Of a stretch of 64,000 nt of DNA, positions 39,713-49,169 are shown in pieces; position 1 is the first letter of the stretch, and each line of letters begins with the position of its first letter. The stretch lies in the IMG/VR virus record IMGVR_UViG_3300024274_000264. The stretch is one strand, 5' to 3'. The position numbers and the translations under genes were made by a program. The notes under the pieces were generated by a model, which saw nothing but the letters and a program-made list of their open reading frames with translations, had not been told where the DNA came from and ran no database searches. The DNA comes from a virus.

Positions 39713-40096
39713 ATGGAAATTATAAACATGAATAATCCAGGTGAAATGATTCCTAAAAACTATACGGGAATTGTGTATTATACCAGTACACGGTCAAAGT
39801 ATTGGTATAAAGAAGGAAGGGCTCACAGAATAGATGGACCAGCTGTAGAATGTCCAGCTGTAGAATATGGAAATGGAGAAAGATATTGGTGGGTTGATGG
39901 AGTTTACTATTTTGGTAATATATTATGTAGCACAATCAATTCATCAATTTTTCTTGGGATCGAAAAAGGAAAGTATGACCTTAGATGGATAAAGTTTCTA
40001 ACAGAAGATGGAGTTGAAGAGTATCCTATTATTCCAGGAATGGAAACCGATCCTCTTTTTAAGAAAGCTTTTCGTAAACTTTCACTTGAGATCTAG
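39713..40096 (+). CDS. HRxDGPA-repeat family protein 17 (1 repeat)
   Basis: AHRIDGPAVECPAVE, with a small internal duplication. Confidence 0.85.
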   Translation: MEIINMNNPGEMIPKNYTGIVYYTSTRSKYWYKEGRAHRIDGPAVECPAVEYGNGERYWWVDGVYYFGNILCSTINSSIFLGIEKGKYDLRWIKFLTEDGVEEYPIIPGMETDPLFKKAFRKLSLEI

Positions 40097-40187
40097 AGAA
40101 AACCTCATTTCTCTTAAACTTGAATTCTTGAACACAAAACATGCGAGAAAATGAACATGAGTTTTATCCAAAATCCCAGGGGTATAA

Positions 40188-40259
40188 ATCAAAAACCCTG
40201 GAAAACCGAAGAATTCAAAAACTTGAATTCGTGTGTTTGAGAATTACAGGGTTTTTGAT
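40188..40259. repeat. Nested inverted repeat in an intergenic leader
   Basis: ATCAAAAACCCTG (40188-40200) / CAGGGTTTTTGAT (40247-40259); inner GAATTCAA-aaac-TTGAATTC. Confidence 0.8.
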
Positions 40260-40285
40260 ATAAAATAAGGAAAGAAAGAAAGGTA

Positions 40286-40753
40286 ATGAAAACGAAAACA
40301 GAAACGCTTAAATTAAAAGTTGATGAGTTGTGCCCTGAAAACTTTACAGGGATTGTTGAATATCCACTAGGAACAAAAATATGGTTTCAGGATGGGTTTC
40401 CCCATAGAGTAGATGGGCCAGCCATTGAACAGGCTAATGGAGATAAAGAATGGTGGATTGATGGAAAATGTCATAGATTAGATGGTCCCGCTTGTGAATA
40501 CGCAAACGGAACAAAAGAATGGCATCTCGAAGGATCTTTCTATCACTCCATGATTTTAAAAATGCTTTTTAAAGATTCGATCTTTCTTGGAAAAGAAAAA
40601 GGAAAATATGATTTATATTGGCTAAAGTTTTTGACAGTAAATCAAGGAATTCAAGAGTTTCCTTATATTAAAGGAATGGAAACAGAGAGACTGTTCTTTT
40701 CTTTGCTTAAAGAATTTTTAACAGAAAAAGAGATGAAGGAAATTGGGTTATGA
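40286..40753 (+). CDS. HRxDGPA-repeat family protein 18 (2 repeats)
   Basis: PHRVDGPA, CHRLDGPA. Confidence 0.85.
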   Translation: MKTKTETLKLKVDELCPENFTGIVEYPLGTKIWFQDGFPHRVDGPAIEQANGDKEWWIDGKCHRLDGPACEYANGTKEWHLEGSFYHSMILKMLFKDSIFLGKEKGKYDLYWLKFLTVNQGIQEFPYIKGMETERLFFSLLKEFLTEKEMKEIGL

Positions 40754-41103
40754 GCATAATAGGGTTAACAGTTGGACAAAACTTTACAGGAATGATTCCA
40801 ACCAATTATGGAGACAAAGAATGGTTTAAAAATGGAAAAAGGCATCGAGAAGATGGACCTGCGATTGAATGGAGAGTTGGTTCAAAAGAATGGTTTATTG
40901 ATGGAGTTAGATATGAAATATATGATTTGGAAGAAATGTTTATTTCTGCCCTTTTTCTTGAAACCAAAAAGGGCAAATATAACCTATATTGGTTAAAGTT
41001 TTTGACAAAAGACCAAGGAATAAAAGAGTTTCCTGTTATTCCTGGGATGGAGGATGTGAGTCCTTTACTGAAAACAAGAATGGATGAGATCATTTCACCA
41101 TGA
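40750..41103 (+). CDS. HRxDGPA-repeat family protein 19 (1 repeat)
   Basis: RHREDGPA. Confidence 0.85.
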   Translation: MSIIGLTVGQNFTGMIPTNYGDKEWFKNGKRHREDGPAIEWRVGSKEWFIDGVRYEIYDLEEMFISALFLETKKGKYNLYWLKFLTKDQGIKEFPVIPGMEDVSPLLKTRMDEIISP

Positions 41104-41477
41104 ACATAATAGAAGTGAATTCGTTTACAGAAGTTCCTGAAAACTTTACAGGAATTATTGAACATAAAGCAATGAAAGCTAAATTTTGGTACAAAGAAAG
41201 AAAATGGCATCGAGAAGATGGTCCAGCTGTTGAAATAGATAACGGAAATAAAGAATGGTGGATTAGCAGTATGCCATACAATGTTACAACTTTAGAAAGA
41301 TATTATAAAAAATATATATTTCTTGGAAAAGAAAAAGGCATCCATAACCTTGATTGGCTAAAGTTTTTAACAGAAAATGAAGGGATTATAGAGTTTCCTT
41401 ATATTAAAGGAATGGAAGAATCTAGAGATGCTTCTCAAGAATTAAAACTGTTTTTAATAGATTTATTCAAAACTTGA
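41100..41477 (+). CDS. HRxDGPA-repeat family protein 20 (1 repeat)
   Basis: WHREDGPA. Confidence 0.85.
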   Translation: MNIIEVNSFTEVPENFTGIIEHKAMKAKFWYKERKWHREDGPAVEIDNGNKEWWISSMPYNVTTLERYYKKYIFLGKEKGIHNLDWLKFLTENEGIIEFPYIKGMEESRDASQELKLFLIDLFKT

Positions 41478-41619
41478 ATTCTTCTCCAAAAAAGATGGGA
41501 AATGTTGAAAAAATTTTTGACTTTCCATCTAGGAGAAAGTATAAAATATCTAGGGAAATTCCGCAAATTGCCTTTTTTGAATTCATGTGTTTGGAAATTG
41601 CAGGGTTTTTGATATAAAA
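41471..41619 (+). repeat. 149-bp intergenic promoter cassette, copy 2
   Basis: Near-identical to 38502-38650; TTGACT(41517)-N17-TATAAA(41540). Confidence 0.9.
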
Positions 41620-41643
41620 TAAGAAGAAAAAGGAAAAATAAAG

Positions 41644-42000
41644 ATGGAAACGATTAAATTAAAAGGTAATGAATGTATCCCTAGGAACTATACAGGGATT
41701 GCAGAATATGAATCAGGAATTAAGTATTGGTATAAAGATGGAAATTTTCACCGAATAGATGGCCCTGCTTGTGAATATCGAAATAGAGACAAGTATTGGT
41801 ATATAGATGATTTCATGTATCATCCATTTACATTAAATCAATTAATAGAAAATACTCTTTTTTTAAAGATAGAAAAAGGCATCCATAACCTTGATTGGTT
41901 AAAGTTCTTAACAGAAAGAGGAATCCAAGAGTTTCCTATTATTCCTGGAATGAGAGAGGACGAAGAATTTAAAGTTATTTTCGAAAAACTTGGAGCTTAA
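41644..42000 (+). CDS. HRxDGPA-repeat family protein 21 (1 repeat)
   Basis: FHRIDGPA. Confidence 0.85.
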   Translation: METIKLKGNECIPRNYTGIAEYESGIKYWYKDGNFHRIDGPACEYRNRDKYWYIDDFMYHPFTLNQLIENTLFLKIEKGIHNLDWLKFLTERGIQEFPIIPGMREDEEFKVIFEKLGA

Positions 42001-42010
42001 AAAGCTATAA

Positions 42011-42439
42011 ATGGAAGTTTTGAAACTAAATTCATCTGCCGAGATTCCTAAAAACTATACTGGTGTTATTGAATTTTATAATGGAACTAAAGCTTGGTAT
42101 AAAGAGGGTAAAATTCATCGAGAAGATGGACCAGCTGTTGAACATTCAGATGGAGATAAAGAATGGTGGATTGAAGACAAACGGCACCGAATAGATGGTC
42201 CAGCGATTGAAATGCCTGGTGGTACCAAACTTTGGTATATAGACAGTGTATATCTAAGTTATAAAGATTTGGAACACTGGTTAAATACTGGTATTTTTCT
42301 TGGCAAAGAAAAAGGCAAATATGATCTTGATTGGATAAGGTTCTTAACAGAAAGAGGAATCCAAGAGTTTCCTATTATTTCTGGAATGGAACAATATAAA
42401 AACTTTGAAATACTGTTTACTTTTTTAAAACAAGTTTAA
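42011..42439 (+). CDS. HRxDGPA-repeat family protein 22 (2 repeats)
   Basis: IHREDGPA, RHRIDGPA. Confidence 0.85.
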   Translation: MEVLKLNSSAEIPKNYTGVIEFYNGTKAWYKEGKIHREDGPAVEHSDGDKEWWIEDKRHRIDGPAIEMPGGTKLWYIDSVYLSYKDLEHWLNTGIFLGKEKGKYDLDWIRFLTERGIQEFPIISGMEQYKNFEILFTFLKQV

Positions 42440-43378
42440 TTCTTCAATTTGAATTTCAAGTTCTTCAACAATTTGTTTTGTTAGCCGCCTTTGATTTTTA
42501 TTAAAATTCTTTTCATCCTCAAAAAAAGATTTATACTCGGTTAAAAGTTTAACTCTTTCTCGTTTTAAAGAATTCCAGGAGAAAACAAAATCTTGTTTAT
42601 AAGCAATGTTATAAGCAATGTTAATGAAATCTTTATAAGAAATTCTCGCCGTGTTATGTTTTAAACCTTGCGGAATTTTTGTTTTCAACAAGGCTTTTCT
42701 TGAATAAGGAAATTCTGATAAACAAACAAGAACATTCTTTTTGTTCTGTTTTGGTTTCTTTGAATGATTTACAAATCCATTTCTTTCTGCCCAAAAAATA
42801 ATCTCGTTTTTTTCTATTATTGGAGAATTTCCATAAAAGATAAAATTAAAATTTTCAAGTTCTTTTGCTTTAAAAGGTTTTGAATCAAAAATTTCTAAAT
42901 ATTGAAAGTATCCATTTTTTGCATTTTCAATATCTTGTTCTGTTAATGTTTGAGAATATTGATTTTCGTCTGTAAGTTTAAAAGAGTTATAACCTACATT
43001 TTCAATAAGTTTATTTTCGAGTAGAGCTCTTGTTGGCTTTCCGTATTCATTATAAAACAAAAAAAATTCAGAACCAATTTTTATCGGCTCTGAATATTTA
43101 TCGCCCCTGTAATAGTCCATTTGGTTTAGTCTCCAGGTATAGAGTCTATTTCCATATTTTCTTGCAGGAACAAATGTTTTTGTTTCGGATTTATATTTCT
43201 CTATGTTGATAGAAGAATATATTGTAAACCAATTAAATTCTCTTGAATAATCAGAAAAACTTTTATTACTTGCTAACGAAAGTTTTAGTTCTTCATATTT
43301 TGGTTTTGAGAGAAAATCTATACTTCGATAGAAGTCATTATTAACATTTAAGTTTTTCAGGAAGTCTTCAAGATTCAT
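42425..43378 (-). CDS. Hypothetical protein
   Basis: 317-aa ORF, no motif recognised. Confidence 0.75.
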   Translation of the reverse strand: MNLEDFLKNLNVNNDFYRSIDFLSKPKYEELKLSLASNKSFSDYSREFNWFTIYSSINIEKYKSETKTFVPARKYGNRLYTWRLNQMDYYRGDKYSEPIKIGSEFFLFYNEYGKPTRALLENKLIENVGYNSFKLTDENQYSQTLTEQDIENAKNGYFQYLEIFDSKPFKAKELENFNFIFYGNSPIIEKNEIIFWAERNGFVNHSKKPKQNKKNVLVCLSEFPYSRKALLKTKIPQGLKHNTARISYKDFINIAYNIAYKQDFVFSWNSLKRERVKLLTEYKSFFEDEKNFNKNQRRLTKQIVEELEIQIEELNLF

Positions 43379-43399
43379 TGTTTGAAGACAATGAGTAAC

Positions 43400-44002
43400 T
43401 CATGGTTTATTATTTTGCAAGTAGACAAAACGTTTTATGAACTCTTCTTTTGCTCTTTTTGGGTCCATTGCTTTTATATTGTAGTCAAATGGTTTTTGAG
43501 TTACCCGAATATCTGTTGGAGGAAGTTCATATTTTGGTTTTGCCATAAAGTCTCTCATTTCTTGAGCCCTAACGTATGTATCAGCGCGTTTAACGGCGGC
43601 AGAATGTAAAGAATCCAAACCAAATCTTTCTGCTATTTTATCAGAAATTTTATTTTCTAATTCGACTAATCCTTTAAATGTTTCAAGTCGTTTAAGAGGT
43701 GTTCTTATATCAACTGTATAAGCTTCCGCGGCATCATGTAACAATCCCCGCATTTGCTCGATCCATATTGTTTTCCTATCTGATTTATCAATACTAGAGT
43801 CTAGTCCTGCGTAGTGAGAAACATAAATTGAATGTTGAGCATTTGTATAAAGTTTTTTAACATGTCCGCCTGCAAAACAAGTGTGAGCTAAAGATGTTGC
43901 TATGTCGTATATGTTTATATCTTCTACTTTGATATTTAAAACATCAACTAAAATTCCACTAGCTGTCATTATTTCCGCTTTTATATTTTGATTTTCTTCC
44001 AT
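43400..44002 (-). CDS. HD-domain phosphohydrolase (YfbR-like 5'-deoxynucleotidase); start revised
   Basis: DIATSLA...GH...AQHS...GLLHDAAEAY..DI.TPLK...VKRAD; GAGG SD before the ATG at 44002. Confidence 0.85.
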   Translation of the reverse strand: MEENQNIKAEIMTASGILVDVLNIKVEDINIYDIATSLAHTCFAGGHVKKLYTNAQHSIYVSHYAGLDSSIDKSDRKTIWIEQMRGLLHDAAEAYTVDIRTPLKRLETFKGLVELENKISDKIAERFGLDSLHSAAVKRADTYVRAQEMRDFMAKPKYELPPTDIRVTQKPFDYNIKAMDPKRAKEEFIKRFVYLQNNKP

Positions 44003-44105
44003 GTTTTTTACCTCAAGAGTCCGCAAAAGAGAAGAGGGACCACTTATCTCTAAGTTAGTCCCTCTTGTTATTTTAAGCAATGCTTGAAAATAATGATTAC
44101 TTTGA

Positions 44106-44372
44106 TTACAGTGGCCAAGAACCAGCAACACCGCTGTTTTGAAGTGCGCTAGAAAGAGCACTTGTTAGAGCAGGAATAATTGCTGTGCTTGTAAGTTTCA
44201 AAACAACGTCTGGATTTTCTGTGCTGCCCATACGGAATTGCATTCCTTTTTGAGCAACAGTTGTAGCGCGCAACCAGACATATGTAGAAACTGTTCCGTT
44301 TTCATCAGCAACGTTTTGAACGCTTACAGACGATGTAACGTTAAAGTTTAGTGGTAAATATGGAGTAGGCAT
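44106..44372 (-). CDS. Small hypothetical protein, possibly virion-associated
   Basis: 88 aa, Ser/Thr/Ala-rich, TATTTA-loop hairpin upstream. Confidence 0.65.
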   Translation of the reverse strand: MPTPYLPLNFNVTSSVSVQNVADENGTVSTYVWLRATTVAQKGMQFRMGSTENPDVVLKLTSTAIIPALTSALSSALQNSGVAGSWPL

Positions 44373-44380
44373 TTATAGTT

Positions 44381-44415
44381 TATTTAACCTCAAAAATAAA
44401 TATTGAGGTTAAATA
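44381..44415 (-). terminator. ~13-bp perfect hairpin after the MoxR gene, TATTTA in the loop
   Basis: ...TTTAACCTCAA / TTGAGGTTAAA... with a 9-nt loop. Confidence 0.5.
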
Positions 44416-44423
44416 AAAATCTC

Positions 44424-45707
44424 TTACGAGGGTATTCCATTTTTATCGTTTGATAAAAATTTTCTGGCTCTAGGTTTGATAACGTTATCAAAGATTTTAA
44501 TTAAGACAGATTTCTCTGTTGCCTTTTCTTTGGTCGATTGGTCATTTCTGAGTCTCAGAACTTTTTGGCTAAGCTGGGATAAGAGCTCGTTTGGAACTTC
44601 GTCAAGAAACAAAGAAATGTTTTTATAGAACATTTCTTGTTCGCTAAACCAGTATTCGTGACTGGACTCTAGCGAGTCGCTAAGTTTATGGCAAAGTTCA
44701 TAAATTATTTTTGTTTTTCTGTCTGCGTTTTTTGTTGATCTTTCAATTTGTTCTTTGACAACAGGCCAGTGCGTAAATATGTCCCTGACTCCAAAGAAGA
44801 AGATATTTTCTTTGCAGTATTCCGCAAACTTCGCACCTTCAATCGGGCCAATGATTGACGAAACAAGCATTTTAAATCTAGAGATGTTTGTAACCATATC
44901 GCCCAGAGTTTTTTCTTCTTCCATTCTGGTCATCAAATTTCCAATTTTTGCCCAAGCTCTAGGATCTGTGGATTTTGTGTTTGTTGAAAACTTCTTATCG
45001 TCTGTATAAAGAGCAGTGGGTTCTTTGGTAATAAACTCTACTACAAGTGAGTGAATTTTGTTCTCGGGTTTTCCTGCCCATTTTAACCATGCCTCGGAAT
45101 CATATTGAGCTCCAATAACAGCATATCGAGAAAATTCTGCAATGTCGAAATTATCTGCTTGATACATCGGCCCAACGTTCGCGGCAACAAACACGCGAGT
45201 TTTTTTATGAAGTCTGTTTCCCAAAAAGATTTTCGAATCTGCAATTTGAAATGTTGCTTGTCTTAAGCTTGGAAAAGCTCGGTTCAATTCATCGAAAAAT
45301 AAAATTACTGGGAATTCATATGTGACGCCCATAAAATCCATTTGAGTAAACTTCGTTGTTTCTCTCTTAAGCAAATCATTTTCTGCAATACGAGGCACTC
45401 CAGTTAATTCACCTTCTCCAACTTGTGAGAGTCTTCGTTCAATTACGGGGATGCCTAATTCGTAGCCCCAAACACCATTGTTTTGTGCAATCAGATCACC
45501 CATTTTACCTTCTTCTTTTAGAAGGGCTCCAATTGTAGTACAAACAATGGGATCTTTATAAATATCTTCTCTTAACGCGGCAGCTATTTGATAAACAATC
45601 TGCGATTTGCCAACTCCGTGTGGCCCGAGAAATAAAACAGCTTGATTCGGATCTTGTAACAAAGCAATCTGCTTTGCTGTTTCTATGTCGCATGTTACAT
45701 ATGTCAT
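44424..45707 (-). CDS. MoxR/AAA_5-type ATPase
   Basis: Walker A GPHGVGKS, Walker B ILFFDELNRA, VFVAAN. Confidence 0.85.
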   Translation of the reverse strand: MTYVTCDIETAKQIALLQDPNQAVLFLGPHGVGKSQIVYQIAAALREDIYKDPIVCTTIGALLKEEGKMGDLIAQNNGVWGYELGIPVIERRLSQVGEGELTGVPRIAENDLLKRETTKFTQMDFMGVTYEFPVILFFDELNRAFPSLRQATFQIADSKIFLGNRLHKKTRVFVAANVGPMYQADNFDIAEFSRYAVIGAQYDSEAWLKWAGKPENKIHSLVVEFITKEPTALYTDDKKFSTNTKSTDPRAWAKIGNLMTRMEEEKTLGDMVTNISRFKMLVSSIIGPIEGAKFAEYCKENIFFFGVRDIFTHWPVVKEQIERSTKNADRKTKIIYELCHKLSDSLESSHEYWFSEQEMFYKNISLFLDEVPNELLSQLSQKVLRLRNDQSTKEKATEKSVLIKIFDNVIKPRARKFLSNDKNGIPS

Positions 45708-45728
45708 TTTGTCGATTTACCTCGGCAC

Positions 45729-45805
45729 AGGTTAACCACTCTGGCGCGCGTGTCAACACACTCCCTCGCGCGGACCTTGACAATTTGCACGCGCGTGTGT
45801 AGGCT
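45729..45805. promoter_or_regulatory. Back-to-back sigma70-type promoters in a GC-rich island
   Basis: Plus strand TTGACA(45777)-N17-TAGGCT; minus strand TTGACA(45756)-N16-TAACCT; CCCTCGCGCGG between them. Confidence 0.55.
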
Positions 45806-45842
45806 ATGGACGAAACTAGCAACTTTAAAAAGGCAGAAAACG

Positions 45843-47324
45843 ATGGACAAAGAACTTACAGAAAATCAACACGGGGAAAGCCTCTCGAAAAAAGAATACA
45901 AAAGAGATCCAAACAAGGATTACAGCTATATCAAATGGTTACTCAATGTATTCTTTGTGCAAGAACCTTTTTATGGAAGAATTATTAATAGATTTATAAT
46001 CAAAGAAGACTGGAAAGAGCAGACTGCATATGTTAAATTCGATTATGAGTTTTATAAAGAAACTGGAAGGATAACTTATATCCTTGGGTATAACCCCGAA
46101 TTTATTGATGCTGAACTTTGTGGCAAATATAAAGATAAAATAACGGGACAAATTATCACTTCATCAACTAATAAACCTTATAAAGAAATTGCTTTCTTGT
46201 TTATTCACGAAGTGTTGCACACCTTGTTAGGTCACTTAACTGATAGAACGATATTATCTCAAGATGTTTATGAAATGCACATCGCAAATATTGCGATGGA
46301 CTTGGCGATTAACTCGATGATTTTAGCGGCAACAGAAAATATGAATCCTGATATTGCGCTGTTTCCTTTAGAAGTAGGATTTTACCCAGGCCGAAAACCA
46401 AACATAGAAAACGAAGAATTTGCGGAGTTTGTTGCTACGTTACCGCAACTGCAAACCACTGTGTTTTATTTCAATAAAATAAAAGACTTTCTAAAAAATC
46501 AAGAATCTAAAAATAAAAAAGAAGGGGAAGGAAATGGAAGAAAAGTAAAAATCTTTTTAAATGGCTGTGGAGATAAACTAAATGGTCTTACAGGATTTGA
46601 TTCTCATAATTGGGAAGATCTTCCTAAAGAAATTAGAGAAGAGGTCAAGTCCAATATGAGAAATCATATTAAAGAAGCTCTTAATGCAGCCTCTAAACAA
46701 AACAGCTGGGGCTCTATGAGTGCTGCAATTAAAGAAGTGATGGGAAAAATTGCGGCAGAATCTCCTGTTGATTGGAGAATGCTTCTTGAAAATGCAATTG
46801 GTCAGTGCAGAATTCAAGACCATGAAAGTACATATCGTAAAATTTCTAAAAAACTTCCAATGATGTTACCTGGAGAAAAGAAAAGAACATCTCAGCCAAT
46901 TGCGTTTTTTATCGATCAATCTGGGTCCATGTCAAATGATGAAGTACAACTTGCATTTGCTCAAGCGGCAAATTGTGCAAAAATCATTGAGGTAGATGTT
47001 TATAACTTTGATACAGAAGTAGATGTTTCTTCTCATGTTGTTTGGAAAAACAACTTAGCATATTCTTGGAAAAGAACAAGATCAGGCGGCACAGACTTCA
47101 ATGCCATAAAAAAGTTTATAGAAGATCCAACACAGCAAAAAAGAAACTGGAGATGGGTTGTAATTTTAACAGATGGATATGCTCCAGAACTTGAACCACT
47201 ACAAGCAAAAGTGTTATGGCTCATAACACCTTCAGGAAAAGAACCTGACAACATTAGACCTCAAGACCTAGTAGCTAAAATGAAATTTCCAGGAAGCTAT
47301 ACAGAAGAGTCGAATATATATTAA
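45843..47324 (+). CDS. vWA-domain protein with HExxH metallopeptidase-like domain (DUF2201-like); start revised
   Basis: HEVLH...NIAMDLAINS; MIDAS FIDQSGSMS, GGTDF, ILTDGY. Confidence 0.88.
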   Translation: MDKELTENQHGESLSKKEYKRDPNKDYSYIKWLLNVFFVQEPFYGRIINRFIIKEDWKEQTAYVKFDYEFYKETGRITYILGYNPEFIDAELCGKYKDKITGQIITSSTNKPYKEIAFLFIHEVLHTLLGHLTDRTILSQDVYEMHIANIAMDLAINSMILAATENMNPDIALFPLEVGFYPGRKPNIENEEFAEFVATLPQLQTTVFYFNKIKDFLKNQESKNKKEGEGNGRKVKIFLNGCGDKLNGLTGFDSHNWEDLPKEIREEVKSNMRNHIKEALNAASKQNSWGSMSAAIKEVMGKIAAESPVDWRMLLENAIGQCRIQDHESTYRKISKKLPMMLPGEKKRTSQPIAFFIDQSGSMSNDEVQLAFAQAANCAKIIEVDVYNFDTEVDVSSHVVWKNNLAYSWKRTRSGGTDFNAIKKFIEDPTQQKRNWRWVVILTDGYAPELEPLQAKVLWLITPSGKEPDNIRPQDLVAKMKFPGSYTEESNIY

Positions 47325-47336
47325 TATCAACTCATA

Positions 47337-47528
47337 ATGAATTTAAAACCAGAGAACCTCCTCTTAGAAATTAAAGAACTCCCTTTGATAAAAGAACTTA
47401 AAGAGAATTTTCCTCAAGAGGCCAAAGACGTAGATGACCTGATTAGTTCATTAGTAATAGGTCTTACTAATCCTAATAACTCCACCGAGATTAGTACTAA
47501 TCAGTCTATAGAAGATAATAAGAAATAA
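47337..47528 (+). CDS. Small hypothetical protein
   Basis: 63-aa ORF; may be spurious. Confidence 0.35.
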   Translation: MNLKPENLLLEIKELPLIKELKENFPQEAKDVDDLISSLVIGLTNPNNSTEISTNQSIEDNKK

Positions 47529-47630
47529 TCCTTCCCTCCCAGACCCTCTTAGTGTAGTGACCACAAAGAAAGCGACAGACAAAAAATAATAGCCACTTGA
47601 CAGAAAGTATTGGTTGGTGATGGGAGTAGG

Positions 47631-47963
47631 TTATAGGGTTTCAGGTGAAGCGTCGGAAGGTGCTTTTTTCTTTTTTGGTTTTTCTAGGGGCAATTCCAAA
47701 TTCGTTTCTAACAGAGGTTGGGGATTCGGAGTATCGAAGGAAATCGGTTTTTCAAAATAGTCAATTATGTCTTTCAAGCTCTTAGAGGTAATGCAAATAC
47801 CTAAAGTTTTAACCTTTTCTTCGGCATCTGTTACAGATTTTATTTTATTATCACTTAACCATTCAGATAATTCAAGTTTTCGTCTTTCAAGAAATCTTTC
47901 TAGAGGCATACCTTCTTTTGTATCTCTCTTGTCATATTTTCTTCCAAATGATACATTTTTCAT
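47631..47963 (-). CDS. Hypothetical protein
   Basis: 110 aa, ATGA-coupled to the upstream gene. Confidence 0.7.
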   Translation of the reverse strand: MKNVSFGRKYDKRDTKEGMPLERFLERRKLELSEWLSDNKIKSVTDAEEKVKTLGICITSKSLKDIIDYFEKPISFDTPNPQPLLETNLELPLEKPKKKKAPSDASPETL

Positions 47964-48274
47964 TTTGAGTCTTTTATTTCCTTTATTGTTGTTTTTACGA
48001 GATCTGGATTTTTTGCAATTACTTTACCAATGATTTCAATTAGATTATCATAGAATTGAACTGTTTTTAAAACGGTTTCTTTGTTTATTTTTTCTTGATC
48101 AAATCCTGCATTTTCGATGAAGGCATCTAAAAACACGGGCATTGTTTTTTCGGTTATGTTCCTAACTGTTGCGTGTTTTAAGTTCACTCCAAGTTTTAAA
48201 AGTTCTTTTGAAATTGTTCTGTAATCCATTCCTTCCGTTACAGTAACGTATTTTTCATATTGTTTGAGTTCCAA
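47960..48274 (-). CDS. Probable HTH DNA-binding protein
   Basis: GMDYRTISKEL...LKHATVRNI; immediately downstream of the sigma factor. Confidence 0.5.
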   Translation of the reverse strand: MELKQYEKYVTVTEGMDYRTISKELLKLGVNLKHATVRNITEKTMPVFLDAFIENAGFDQEKINKETVLKTVQFYDNLIEIIGKVIAKNPDLVKTTIKEIKDSK

Positions 48275-49166
48275 TTGATTCTATTTCCTTTTCGTTTTCT
48301 ATATTTTTTATTCCCATGAACCTCAATATTAAAATTAATCTTTTAAGTGGATCAAGTTCTAGCAGTGTTTTATGGACAGCAGAAACCACATCTTCACTTG
48401 TTGAAATTAAACTTTGGGTTTCGTTTAATAATGAAATTGGTTCGTTATAAGAAACATTAACGTCATTATCTTTTAAAAACCGCTCATAAGTAAATGAAGA
48501 ATCTGTCTGAGCAGAAGACGAGGCAATAGTCGTCAAAGGCTGTTCAAAATAAACAATTCTTTTATCCATTGTGTTGTAAACGTTTGAAGAATTAAATCCC
48601 GATTTTATTTCTTTTACAGCATCAAGATATATTTTTTCTGGTATTTTATATTGTTTTTTAAGTTCTTCTTTTTCTTCAAAAGAAATTTCTTCTGTTGTTT
48701 CTTTTTTATTCTCTTTCATAAAAGAAAGAATTTTATTCGACGCTAATCTAAGCTGGGTAGGGATGGCAACAACGAATTGTTGTTTTGCGATATAAGAAGT
48801 AATTGCCTGGAGAACCCAGTGTCCTGCATATGTCGAAAACCTTATTCCTCTTGTTGGATCAAAATGTTCTATTGCCTTTGATAATCCAATTAAACCTTCT
48901 TGAAATAGATCTTCTTTATATTTTCTCACCACTACTTTGTTTTTATTTCCAATAAGGGAAATAAAAGTATTAACAAGTTTTTGATTTCTGAGGGTTAATT
49001 GGTTTCTAAGTTTTTCATTGCTTTTTTCTAGGTTGCCTTTTTGGTCGTATACTTTACTTGCGTGGTATTCCATAAAAAGCTTTTCATCTTCTTCTCCACC
49101 ATAAGATTGATTTATTGCTTTCTGTTTCTTTTTGAATTTGCCGTTTTCTGTTATAGCTGGTTTCAT
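48255..49166 (-). CDS. Phage-encoded sigma70-family sigma factor
   Basis: Region 2 NQKLV...DLFQEGLIGLSKAIEHFDPTRGIRFSTYAGHWVLQAI; partial region 4 LDPLKRLILILRF. Confidence 0.88.
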   Translation of the reverse strand: MKPAITENGKFKKKQKAINQSYGGEEDEKLFMEYHASKVYDQKGNLEKSNEKLRNQLTLRNQKLVNTFISLIGNKNKVVVRKYKEDLFQEGLIGLSKAIEHFDPTRGIRFSTYAGHWVLQAITSYIAKQQFVVAIPTQLRLASNKILSFMKENKKETTEEISFEEKEELKKQYKIPEKIYLDAVKEIKSGFNSSNVYNTMDKRIVYFEQPLTTIASSSAQTDSSFTYERFLKDNDVNVSYNEPISLLNETQSLISTSEDVVSAVHKTLLELDPLKRLILILRFMGIKNIENEKEIESIGTQTI

Positions 49167-49169
49167 GAG

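Noticed and set aside
45750-45842. N-terminal extension of the vWA gene and the small ORFs at 45556-45822
   Set aside because: These overlap the divergent promoter island; the ATG at 45843 is a better start.
47598-47626. TTGACA promoter
   Set aside because: No plausible -10 box at 16-18 nt and no downstream plus-strand gene.
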